Assembly (NCBI RefSeq): GCF_001194135.2
Contig: NC_068998.1
Span: 28,897,299 to 28,961,298, forward strand
Length of the DNA: 64,000 bases
Direction of reading: 5' to 3'
Source of the DNA: Octopus bimaculoides
Lineage: Eukaryota
Shown here piece by piece: positions 51,891-64,000 of this stretch. A program made the position numbers and the translations under genes. Each line of letters starts with the position of its first letter. The first letter of the stretch is position 1. Below the pieces are notes generated by a model that did no database searches, had not been told where the DNA came from, and saw only the letters and a list, made by a program, of their open reading frames with translations.

Positions 51891-54587
51891 GTGTGTGTCT
51901 GCCTCTCTGCGCAAATAACAAATGACATGATATTTTGATCTTTAAATACTGACAGGTAGGCTCCAGCAGCCACAACCACCTAGCCGTCACGTGACACACT
52001 CTATCATCCAATGAATGAGAAGGGCATGTAATTTTGACAAGGGGTGTTCTGGAGTCTACTTTTACTCTTGAATGACAGGGTTGTGTGGAAGGCTCCAGCA
52101 GCCACCAGCAGCAACTACATATTTATTGATCTGTTTTTGGATGATGGAGTGTACCATGTGACAGCTGGTTGGCTGGCAGTGGCTGCTGGAGCCTACCAAT
52201 CAATATTTAAGAGCGAAAATAAAAACACTTCATTCCATTGCTGTCACTTGTTGACACTTTAGAAAGAAGCAGCAACAAATGGATTTATTAAGTGATGGTT
52301 TGGATTTATTATATGAGAGATTTTATGTGTAGAATTTCCGTCCCAACCCGCTTAGATACATTAAGCGGGTGAATTTATTATCAGTGGATTTATAAAGTGG
52401 GATCTACTGTACCACATAGTTCAGTTAAAGAGAAAAGTACAGCTCACATTTATCACACGATTAATTCACCGTCATCATTTTAGCATCATATTTACCATGA
52501 TAGTATTGATTAAACAAATCTGCTGTCCTGTATATCACAACTGATCTTTGTCCTCTATCATTTTGGCTCCAACATCCTGAAATCTGACCTTACAATTTCT
52601 TCCGTGTCTTCCTCTTCTGCAGGTGGATTCCAGTCAGCAAATGTGCCATTGTCTCCCCTGTATATATTGCCTGATGTCTTCAATACTCAGCCTTTCTCAG
52701 CTTAATTGTTCTCGACCTTTCTGAGATTACCTCCAACTGATCCCGTTAAATTATTTCTCTCCACTTCCCTATTTAAACGCAGTTTTTCTATATTCAATGC
52801 TCATATATCACCTTCCTTAAATCTGTTTTAAACATCTGTCTTCTGTATGGAGAGACATTCTTTCGCCACTTGAAGTAACAATATGATTATCATTATTCAA
52901 CTATACAGACTGCTTCTGTAAGATGGCAGTAATCCAAGTATACTGAATTTGTTATAACATCAAGTACAAGGCAATTTGTTGGGGTATAAGAAATTCTTTA
53001 CTCCTTCTAGAAGTGGAATATCCATTGTGTTTTTCATATGGACATAGATATGTAGTTAAGAAGTTTGCTTTGTAATCATGTATTCTGAGTTTGATCCCAC
53101 TGCACAACACCTTCAATAAATGTCTTCTATCAGAACCCCAGATCAATAAATACTTTGTGACTGGAATCTGGTAGCTAGAAAGTGTGGGAAGATCCACAAT
53201 TTAATTTATTAGTTTCACAACAAGATTAAAATTGTATGTTTATAAATGTACACGCATACATACATGTGTGTGTACATGTAAAAGTTTTAGACATCAGCAA
53301 GAAAACTGAAAAACCAGAGCCTTACAAACTAAATCCCTTGAGATTTTTATTCTGCATCAAGTTAGATACTTTTTTTGTTACTGTTGACATCAGAAATTAC
53401 TGAACCAGAGATTTGCTCATTGAAAAATTGTGAAAACAAATTTTGGTATGAAATAAATAAAATTTGTTAATTTTATTGAGCATGAAAAACAAACTATCAC
53501 AGCTGCATGAATTATGTTTTTACATGCAAATATTATTAGTTAACATACTTCTATAAATATATAAATATAAGCTTCTTCCAATAGATCCTAGCATTCACTT
53601 CTTCTGTATTAGACAATATAAGCCTAAAATATACTGCAATAAAAGATATTAAAAATATGTTCCAGGAGGAGAAAGCATTCCATCTCTTTTAATCAATTAT
53701 GTTATTACATCCCTATTTACAACAAACTATCACATAATATACCCATATGCCTTTACATCTGGAGATCATATAATCATACCCAGCCATCAGACAAAACAAC
53801 ATAAAATAACACCATCATATACATCCCTCATAACAAGGTGATATCCTCGCAAAATAATGAACTAATATTTTAGGCATTACATACAATAGAGCTATGTTGC
53901 TCACACTTAAAAAAAGAGCTGAGTACTTATATGTGAAAACATTCAGCTGCTGTAATGGAAAATGGATTCATAGATTCCACCAGGTTAGTTCTTAGGTTTT
54001 ATGCTACAAACCACCACAAACTACAAATCATTTAAAATAAAAGTTTTCCATTAATTCAATAAAACAACGTCCATAGACCCATAGTTGTCAGAATGCATAG
54101 TCACAGCCTGTTTCGATCACATATTATCTGCAAGACCATAGCAAATACAGAGATTATGTAACTCCAAACATAAGCATTGTTTACAATATTGTTTTACTCT
54201 TTCCTCCATCAAATGAAGGCAAATACAAAATACACACTTACCAAAATAGTTATATTATTGACTTTCTAGAACTAATCTCTTTATCAGACTGCACACTTTT
54301 TTCAATAAATTTGTACTGTTTTGTACTGATCAAATCATCTTTGACTAGTTCTGTTGTAAGCCTAACCCCAGATCTCCATATATATAAAACATAGTAACAA
54401 AATAGTACAAATAAAACTCAATAATTACACTAGAAAACAGAAAAAAATCTATGATAATCTATGTTTTGACGTGTGTAGGAATATGTGCATGTGTCTATAT
54501 GTGTGAATATGCTACAATAAATTATTATGTGCATAGAGAAAAAAAATCAAAACAATGATGGACATATTTATTCTTAATGCATTTCAG

Positions 54588-54693
54588 CAGATTTAAACAT
54601 GAATATGCTAATCGCTGTTGTATTTTGTCTATGGAGAATAGCATTGCCTTTCAGACAATGTATGTTCGTTCATAAGATATCTGATTCATTGAG
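54588..54693 (+). CDS. Candidate internal exon, frame uncertain: DLNMNMLIAVVFCLWRIALPFRQCMFVHKISDSL (to donor 54693) or RFKHEYANRCCILSMENSIAFQT (to donor 54659)
   Basis: NAGNAG acceptor ATTTCAG|CAG|, strong donor GAG|GTGAGT at 54693 and weaker donor AAT|GTATGT at 54659; two frames are open. Confidence 0.45.
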
Positions 54694-56105
54694 GTGAGTG
54701 AACTTTGAGATGCCGCAGTGTTTCAACAGTACTCCTAATTATAACATCAGTTTTATGATATCAGCTCTAGTTATGGAGGTAGACCATACCCTTTTGAGTG
54801 TTGATGTTCTGAAAGAAGAGACCACAGTTGCACCTTACATTTTGGTGCTCAAGAACTTAGCCCAATTTTGGAATATATTTGGGATGTTGAACCCAAAGTC
54901 ACATCAATCTTGCCAAAAAAGGCTCTATTTGAAACAAAAATAACATTATTAACGCTATTAATATATTACGTAATATTAAAATAACCACATATTACTAAAT
55001 TAGTTTATTTCAATTGAACACAAAAAAAAAATCCGTCAAATGTAAATAATGTAAATATAAAAAACTTAATTGTGGCATTAGAATCTATAGTAATTGAAAC
55101 TGAAAAATATATGTATATAAAATATATAAAATGGTCATATGTTCAATAATAACAAGTTTGTTTGATAGAATTTTCTAGAGTGAGATTTACCAAGACAGTC
55201 CTGCTAAAAGTTCTAGCAATAATCTAACATCATGTGTGCATCACACCTGTCTCTGATTCCCCTCTTCTATTGAAATCTTTCACGTTGTTCTTTGCATAAA
55301 TCACAAAACCTTTCTGGAAAGCAATCTAAATGTGGAGAGAATGGACATTGATACTCATGTTACAGCCAAGATTGTTAAAATTGAAGAGCATGTCTCCTAG
55401 TAATTCAGGGTGGTTATCACCCCGAATTAGTAGAAGTTGTCAAGAAACTTTTTGATGACTAAAAAGAAAAAGAAAATTAGAAAAAAAATAACAAGACCAC
55501 ATTAAATGTTTATGAATTCAGTCCAAGGAATTTACTTCAGAAGTCATCAAAACAGACACCTTTGTTTAGTGCCTTTACTCTAAACTTTTGTATTGAAATA
55601 AATTGATTTAGTAGCAAGTGTTTGATTTAAAAGTATGTAATGTACTAATACCATTAATATTGTTGTTATATTTGTATCAAAATATAAATTATTAATCAGT
55701 TGGAACTAACAGGGCAAAATTGGGGCCACTCAAAAATTTACTGAAAAGTAGGTCTAAATTATGGTGCAACTGATGTCCCTAATTGATATTTGTGGATATA
55801 TCAATATATAAAAGGGGTATGTTGTATCTCCAAGACTAGAACTAAAATAGCAAAACCAATGGTATATATGGAATCAGTACCCCAAATACACCCCAAAATA
55901 CATCTAATTTGTAATGCATTAAGATGTAAGGTGAAACTGGGGTCCTTAATTAGCAATGTCAATATATAAAGAGTTGTGTTGTATTTCCAAAAGTAGGGGT
56001 GAGACTATCACCCTTACTTTTCGAGATACAAAAGAATAAACTCAGAGGACTTCAATAACGATTTGTAATTATAAAGAGCTTTATCCATTATATAATCAGA
56101 ATGGT

Positions 56106-56489
56106 GTGGAGGCACAATGGCCCAGTGGTTAGGGCAGCAGACTTGCGGTCATAGGATCGCGGTTTCGATTCCCAGACCGGGCGTTGTGAGTGTTTATTGA
56201 GCGAAAACACCTAAAGCTCCACGAGGCTCTGGCAGGGGATGGTGGTGAACCCTGCTGTACTCTTCCACCACAACTTTCTTTCACTCTAACTTCCTGTTTC
56301 TGTTGTGCCTGTAATTCAAAGGGTCAGCCTTGTCACACTGTGTCATGCTGAATATCCCCGAGAACTACGTTAAGGGTACACGTGTCTGTGGAGTGCTCAG
56401 CCACTTGCACGTTAATTTCACGAGCAGGCTGTTCTGTTGATAGGATCAACTGGAACCCTCGACGTCATAAGCGATGGAGTGCCAACAAC
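56106..56489 (+). mobile_element. Full-length tRNA-derived SINE with a 12-bp target-site duplication
   Basis: AATCAGAATGGT at 56094-56105 and 56490-56501; A box TGGCCCAGTGG, B box GTTTCGATTCC and a (CAA)n tail. Confidence 0.92.
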
Positions 56490-59178
56490 AATCAGAATGG
56501 TCCACTGTTTAATGTTTTGTTTTATCAGACAGAGATGTTAGACTAGTATGAAGCAAGCTACTGAAATAATTTTACATTTATATTAGTTGCTTGACTGTTT
56601 GAATATATTCTAGAAAAGTTTAAGAATCATAAACAATTTGTTAAGTTCACAATGTATGAAAGAAAATCTCAAGTTTGTGTTCAGATTGCTTTGTGACTGG
56701 AAGAGTATAATAGTACATAATAACATTCAGATGGTGAAATAATGTTAGTAAGCAGTAATGTTTTCTTTAGTGATGTTATAGTTCTTGTTTGTTGGTTACT
56801 AATTTCTCTGATGTGATCTTTGATGATGTCTTTCTATAGCATGTGTCTTGTCATTAAAGTTGTTAATGTTACTAATGATTTCTGTTGTGCTTTTGTGTTT
56901 TGACATTATAAAGTTATCAAGTAATATTAATATCTTTGTAATGATCCTTCAACATTTTGTTTGACTCATAAAACATTAGATTTATTCAGAAAGCCTTATT
57001 ATACTGGAAATAGGTTTCATTGATATACATTTATTCTAGATTTTTCCCCTGAGAGCAATGAATTCTCTCAATGTCTACAGCTATTAAGGTTTTGCTGCAA
57101 AGTAATGATTTCACTTGTAACCATTATTACCAATACTATGAATAACTCCAATATCTTCTGTTGTTTCATAGAACAATTCTATTATTGAATTTAAAGGTAG
57201 AATATGTTATTTGATATATTGGCCCGCAAGTGAGATCTGTGCTGCACAAAGACATAATTGGCATAAATAGACATAAATAGACAAAGACATATGGCAAAAA
57301 TAAATATGGTGAATAGAATAAAGGAATTACAAGCTAGAGAATTATTTGTGGTTCTACAGTTTAATCAGCTTTTGGTTAATTGAAAGACCAGTTCATTAAA
57401 CTGCTTTCTTTTTGACAGATGGTTTGACCAATTGAATGTTTCCAAAAGCTCTTTACATTCATACTTTCTTCTGAAAGTTTGCTTTCCAAACTATTCTGAT
57501 CTGTTTAAATTGTTTTCCTTCTAATATTCTACAGTTCATAACTACTTATCTATTACTACCATGTATTGAAATGTGGCATGTATGTATGTAAGACACCATT
57601 TCACTTTCCATGTGTCATTTCATAGAATTAGCAACTTCATTTTGCATATGGTATTCAAAGTTATTGTCATCACTGTTGCTACTATTGGTGTCATTTTAAA
57701 CAATTCCTTTTCTTTGTTGGTTGAGGATGGATATAGTTATATTTACTGAAACCATTAATTATGAAGTCAGCAATACCTGACTAGAGTTTATAGAGTAAGA
57801 AGATTTGCTTGTGAAAAGACCTTGATATTATAATTATGTCAAACAGCTGGATTATCAGGATTCTTCCAAGGCAAGCAAAACTTGAATTTCTTTTCATACT
57901 TCGTGCATAACATTCAGCTCTCAAAAGTTCTAACACTGGATATCTTTCGGCCTTCTAACTTGTCCTATACTTTTAGTTTCTTGTTTTCCAACATTAGTTA
58001 TATCATATTAACTTGTGCACATATGAGTAACTAAAAGATGTTAACTTAGTGAGAGCGCCTCTACAGAATTGCTTAACTTGTTACAAATAGTTGTGATAGA
58101 TAAACAATGCTAAAATGATTAAGGCTGAAATACTTTTGCTTATTCAAGGCTGTTAAGACTTCCATGTTATGCAACTTGAAAGTCAAAGGTAAAAATCACC
58201 ACCACTGCCACTGCCACCACCACCACCATCACCATCACCATCATCATTTATGTCCATGTTCCAAATTTGTATGGGTTTTGCATAATGAAGTTCCACATTA
58301 AGACAAGGTTTTCAAGAATGCGATGTTTCTGTGTGAGATGCCTGTAAAAAATATTTATTATGAAGTCTAAGGTTTAAGATACGGTATGGATGTAGGGGGA
58401 GTAAAATTAAGCATGAACAAGAAATAGATTTGAATGGAGGACAAATACAGAGAGTAAATTTCATTTCAGATAAACAGAGACCATTTTCCTTTCAGACGGG
58501 CCATAGCCTGATAGTTAGTTAGAAAATTTGGGTTATAAAAGTTGGATTTTCTCAGTTTTGATGGAGATTTTTCAAATTTTTATTTCACCACACCCTTGTA
58601 AATGAAGGGGCAAGCTTTCAATGAAAAAAATAATTTTTACAATAGAATGCCTCGACGGACTTTTGGGATAGCACACCCACATAAATTGGATTTCCTCTGT
58701 TTTGACAGGGATTGTTCAATTTTTTTTTTTACCACATACTTGCAAAAAAATTTTTTTAAATTTATGATTACACCCACCCCACCCCCATCTGGACCGAATT
58801 TGTTGAATTGTTTTTACACCACACACTTGAAAACAATGGGAAATGCCTTTTCTGTAACAAAGAAAATAAAACAATCTTGAAAATATATGAAATTTTTCAA
58901 CTCTCAGTATCAATTTTAGCCCATTTTTTCTTCCCTATGTACTTTAAAAACGACAGGAAAGCCTTGTCTGTTAAAAAAAAAGAATTTTTTGGAAATTGGT
59001 GATCACCATTACAATCCCCACTTCCTTTATTTTCAAACAGAAAAGGAAATGTAATTCAAAAACAATAGTGAAATTTAAAAAAATTTTCATAACTCCTCCC
59101 CTTAAATCCTAAAATTTCTGTCTTTTTTCAAATTGTTTTTTTAATCACGGTTTTAAAATATGGACAGTCTGAATCTAC

Positions 59179-59244
59179 AATTTGTTTCTGCTTATAATTT
59201 GAAAATAATTATAATTATTTTCAAATTATAAACAGAAACAAATT
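59179..59244. repeat. 66-bp spacerless palindrome (arms 32/33 identical)
   Basis: Compared base by base; one mismatch (C59191 opposite A59232). Confidence 0.95.
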
Positions 59245-59505
59245 ATCAGATGAAAAGGTGTGTGATTTAAGGGAGATTTAACTGTTGTTTCTAGCACATT
59301 TCATGACCACCTGGTACCTCCCTCGTTTCTTTGTCTCTCTGACATGTATTGATGTTTTTCAATAGTTTTCTCCTCCAAAACACATTTAATGGAATGATGA
59401 TGCAGAAGTAATAGTTTTGTTTAGTTCAAGGATGGTTCATTGCTACGATTTAAGCAACAACAAAACAATTTGTAATTTGAATTTTTAACCCACCCTGTTC
59501 CAAAC

Positions 59506-59572
<67 letters not shown>

Positions 59573-62396
59573 CAAAAGCATAAAACAAGTCTTTCAGTAG
59601 AAGAAATGTTAAAACATTATTCCATCCAAAATTCATTGCCTCAAGGTGTGCTGTAGGTATACAGTTAAGTGCATTTTCATCACTCAGTGATGTGTGTCTC
59701 CTTCCTGGAATGGTTAGTTATTGGTTTCTTTATTACATTATATCACATCTGGAAACAGTGCCATGTTTGAGGTATTCAGATGATTCGTTAAGGATTAAGG
59801 AGTATTATAGCAACAGTGATAATGAGTTACTTCGTTTTAATTTCACCCTGATTATGTATATTGTATCTAATTTTTCCTTTAAATGATTTGTTAAAGTCAT
59901 TCTCTTCATTTTGATCATGTATTCAACTACTCAACTTTTAGAGTGAATTTACTCCAGCAACTGTTGTCAACTTGTACATGACAATGAAGTTTAGTTCCTT
60001 TGATGATGTTCTGAGCAACACTGTTGTAGTTGTGCCGGTATAACAATGGTATAACTGAAAACTATAGTTGTGCTGATTCCTTCTCATATCTAAGATGCAG
60101 GAGTTGTATCAGGTCTACTGTATTATATCTCATATTAATGCTGTTCTTGTTTAGCCTCAGGTCAGCTCTGATTGGTTAGGTCTTTACATATCTGTAGTAT
60201 TTTGATGATTTTATCAATAATCATTTTCTGTTAATGGTTGTTTATTGTAATATCTGTGGTATGAAAGTTTTTATGTTTCTTTTTCTCATACACAATTTCT
60301 GTAATAAGTTTAACAAAGTTTTTAATATGGATATTATTGAGGATTATGATGATGGCCCTAAATTTTTCAGGTGTCTTATGTGCATTGCAATTGTTTGACT
60401 GATAAAATCTTGTGAGAATTTTTATTGTTTTCTGCATATTTGTTGGTACAGGTTGGGGTTCATACAGATTTTACTATGCTCAAGAAAGTTGTAGCAAAGA
60501 CTTTGTTTTTGTTTTTTAATTTTGAAATAGATTATGTGTATTTAATAGGTGAACAAATGCTGGAAGCAGTGTGTCTGCTGTGTATGTGTTGGTAAATGCA
60601 ATTATGCAATGATGATGATATTAGTTGTTGCTATGGAGCATTGAATTTTGTGATTTCAAGATATCAAAATTAATAATATAATCATGAGCTGAGGGAAAAA
60701 CTCAGTTGGGTCAATGGCATAAATATAGGAAATTAATTTAAAGAACAAGGTACTGAATACTGATAGATTTTTACAAATAAAAGAGTTATGAATAGTTTTT
60801 GGTCAATATACAGTTTTCTATGTATATAAACTATTTTGAATTGATCAAACAGACTTTGTTAGACTGATGAAGCCCAATAAATCAAAACATATCTATTATT
60901 GTCCCTTACTTTAAACAAAGATCAGGCATAAATTAATTCATTTTGTGAGATAAAGTGTTAATTTCTTGAAATCATCCCCCACCCATTTATCCAAAGTTAC
61001 CAAAAGTGATAGCTTGTGACAGCCTTAAACAAAATTTTCAGTGTGGTAGAAAATATCTCCATAGTAATAAATATCTTGTACAAGATAAATAAACACATAT
61101 ATTGTACATATATATCAATTGAAAATAGGGAGTGCTGCTATGCCTAGAGATGAGTTACCATTGGTCTCTAGCAATCACAAGGGTTTTGTTTGCTTTTCTA
61201 AATTTCAATTAAGAATTTTTTAAATCCATATATAATTACATTATGCTGTTTGTAAATAGGATATCAAACGTATTAAAAACCATAAACTATACTGGGTAAA
61301 ATGAATCTATGTAATAATGATTGTGTAGCCTTCTTGACTGATGTTATAGAAAATATTTTGTGCTGTTGAGAGTGTGAGGTCCATTGCATTGGGGCATTCT
61401 TGTCAAGCAAAACTCATTATCATAATTTGATTCTCACCACAATTTCCAACATTTACAGAATAAATAACTAATATAATTAAGCAGTTCAAGAATCCTATTC
61501 AAGGATTCTTTCGAGGATCCTAATTATTTTTTATTTCTCAGCTTTTAGTTGAAATTCTACCAGGAATTCCTCCCCATGATATTGGTATCTCACTAGATGT
61601 AGTTGCTAGTTTCCATTATTTAGATAATTCAACTAGTACATGGATGCTTGTGGTTGTAGTGATAGTAAAGCAGCTACAATAAGTTCAAAGGGTTTTTATC
61701 TCAGTTGATATCAAGAAATGGAATATATGATGCATGTTTAAAATGCAAGAAATGCAATGGTTGAACTGTAATAAACTGAATGTTATCCATTTACACATAC
61801 AAGATTAACTTGCATAAAAAGTTGAACACAAGTAGGTTGAAAAGTATCAACTGAAAGATGTCCACAATAGTATGGACAAGAGATGAAAATGGTCATTAAG
61901 TACTGGGTATAAAAGATCAGATGCTGATGATGTAATGTACCTATAACAGAAGAAATTTGTGAAAAGAATACAATGAAATAGTGAGGTTAGATTTCAAGAT
62001 GCTGAACAAAACATAACAATTTATCAAACTGCAGCTTATCAAGTCTAACACTGGACATTTTTCTTCTTTTCCTCTGGGTTAGCCATGGTTGAAGTATTCT
62101 AATTGTGATTATCCTGTCTTTTTTTCTTTATCTTAACATAATATATCTATCCAATGACTTTCTTTTTTCAAAACATTGATTTGAACAAAAATTTGGCTAC
62201 CATTTCTAGCTGATCAATCAAAGTATGTAGAGTAGGAATAGGCTGCATGAGACATGATTCATCATCAGGTGGGGCACACTAGTCATTCCATTTAGAAAGT
62301 CCTGCAGGTGCTGGGTTGCCTAAAATTCATGGAGGGGATCCCTTGTTTGTCTTTTCGATTCTCTCAGAAAGTGAATGTTAATGAAGATGATGATGG

Positions 62397-62434
<38 letters not shown>

Positions 62435-64000
62435 GTGGTGATGATGATGTTGATGATGATGATGATGACGACTATACTTGGGTTACATCAAATGTAATTC
62501 TTCCTCCTTACAATTATTGCTTTGTTTCTAGTCAAACTAGATCATTATTATTTAACAATATTTACTAGACATGTGAAGTTAGCTCACTATCACATGTTAT
62601 AACCATTTATTCTATTGTTGATTCTAATGTATATTTGAAAAAGCATTAATAATACTTCAACCTGTCCAAAAGTCTGAGATTGGGCATAAAGACATCATTA
62701 TTTAACATTACGGGAGAGATATTTTTGGCTTGTGCCTAGTCTAAAAATATCAATAGACAGACAAAAGATGTATGGGATGTCTACAATAAACTAGTAAGTA
62801 ACTGGCAGGAAATAAGAATAAAATCCTGAAAGATAAATAGTTATACAAAAATAGAAAATAAAGTTTAAAATGAAAACAATTCTGAAAAGTGAGTTGCTAT
62901 ATTTGTCTTCTAGCTTTGTACATATAATTTGGTTAGATTTTACTTGTAGATATTTTACTCTTAGCTTTAGAGATGAATATAAACTCTTTTTCAAGTGTGC
63001 CTTTATACTTTGAACCCCTTACACTGCTTCAATTCCTGTTCAATTCTGGGCAATGAAAAGAGAGTGTTGCATGTCCAGCCTGTTACTATACAATTAACAA
63101 CTGAATGCTGGAATGTGACATATGATGTTCAGTTAAGCAGAGGCTTAATGTGTCTGAAATTCTAGGTCTGTAGTTAACAGCCAGTTGTTCAACTGATGGT
63201 TTGCCTTGCCTTGGATTTAAGCCAACTTAACGCCAAATATACGCGTAGCATAGTTGTTCAATGTTTTATGAAACAACTGCTATAGTTTTTCAATTTATTA
63301 CGATGCAATTCCTAGTTTTGTGTTCTAAGGGAAATAACTTAATATTACTTGAATTATTTCCCTTAGTTTATATTTCGCTTACAGTTAGGAGACAACATGC
63401 AGTCATCTACATATGTGGAATTTTCCAAGAGAATACATTTATGTCTTTATTATTTTTTTTCTACTTCACCTTTGCTGTCTTGGCATATTTCTTTTCTTGA
63501 TAATTAATTAAGATCATTAGTATCAGGTATGGAAAAAAATAGTGACTACACTGTTTTGAGGTGAAAGGAAGTGTCATATCCGGTTTGTGGGTGTTGTGAA
63601 AAAGATAAAACAAAGTTGCAAGAGACAATTAAGCAAAGGATTTATCATGTTTTACCCAACAAAATACCTAAGATTAGTGGCTTAATAAGAGTGTGTGGGA
63701 GGTGGGGGGGCGATATGTTCACAAAATTTATGTGTGTAGGGGTTGTTTTTTGGAGGGCAAGATTGGGTGGGTGCCCAAACCTTTAATATGTGTGCCTTCA
63801 GATGTGTCTATGTGCATATGGATATGTCAAAACTTTTGGCACCATTTTGTCAAACTGCTAAGTTACAAAGACATAAACAAACCAGCTTCAGTTGTCAAAC
63901 AGAGGTAGGTCACAAATGCAAACACACACAGATACATGTTTATATATATATATATATATATATACATTATACATTATACATATATATATATATATATATA

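Larger units (their letters stand above)
49951..52409 (-). mobile_element. Full-length pogo/Tigger DNA transposon (2459 bp including a nested insert)
   Basis: 25-bp TIRs CAGTAGA(C/T)CCC(G/A)CTTTATAAATCCA, 23/25 identical, with a TA duplication on both sides and subterminal GGATTTAT(T)AA repeats. Confidence 0.95.

Noticed and set aside
44447-54693. Resemblance of the candidate exons to ion-channel N-termini (TRPM QKSWIE...RECV...RCC, KCNT/Slo2, Kir, TPC) or to a PB1 domain
   Set aside because: Only scattered residues match and family-invariant positions are missing, so no gene symbol is assigned. A profile search is needed.
57419-57523. Acceptor CTGCTTTCTTTTTGACAG with an open phase-2 frame (WFDQLNVSK...)
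   Set aside because: No good donor before the stop, and no recognisable protein signal.
61549-62375. Short exon-like segments EILPGIPPHDI (61549-61584) and AGLPKIHGGDPLFVF (~62310-62370)
   Set aside because: The donors are weak, and the second runs into a retroelement-type tail plus (GAT)n. Too weak to call.

Overview
This is AT-rich, microsatellite-dense animal genomic DNA with seven assembly gaps. The repeat families suggest a coleoid cephalopod such as Octopus; that is an inference from memory, not a database result. There is no prokaryotic gene organisation, CRISPR array, rRNA or bona fide tRNA gene, and most ORFs in the track are microsatellite or transposon artefacts. The window reads as long introns of one unidentified + strand gene, with candidate exons at 9810-9904, 31056-31076, 44447-44534 and 54588-54693. 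These introns are packed with decayed mobile elements: mariner, pogo/Tigger, hAT- and piggyBac-like MITEs, RTE, R4/Dong, CR1/I-like LINEs, Penelope-like elements and several SINE families. The most notable structures are: (1) a complete minimal type I hammerhead ribozyme motif (51815-51858, minus) in an insert inside a full-length Tigger; (2) a 72-nt GT-AG intron in that Tigger transposase; (3) two copies of a fold-back mariner derivative sharing one microhomology junction; (4) a SINE pair with the same 5' half and different 3' halves; (5) a 66-bp spacerless palindrome. I cannot support a claim of a wholly new biological system from sequence alone.
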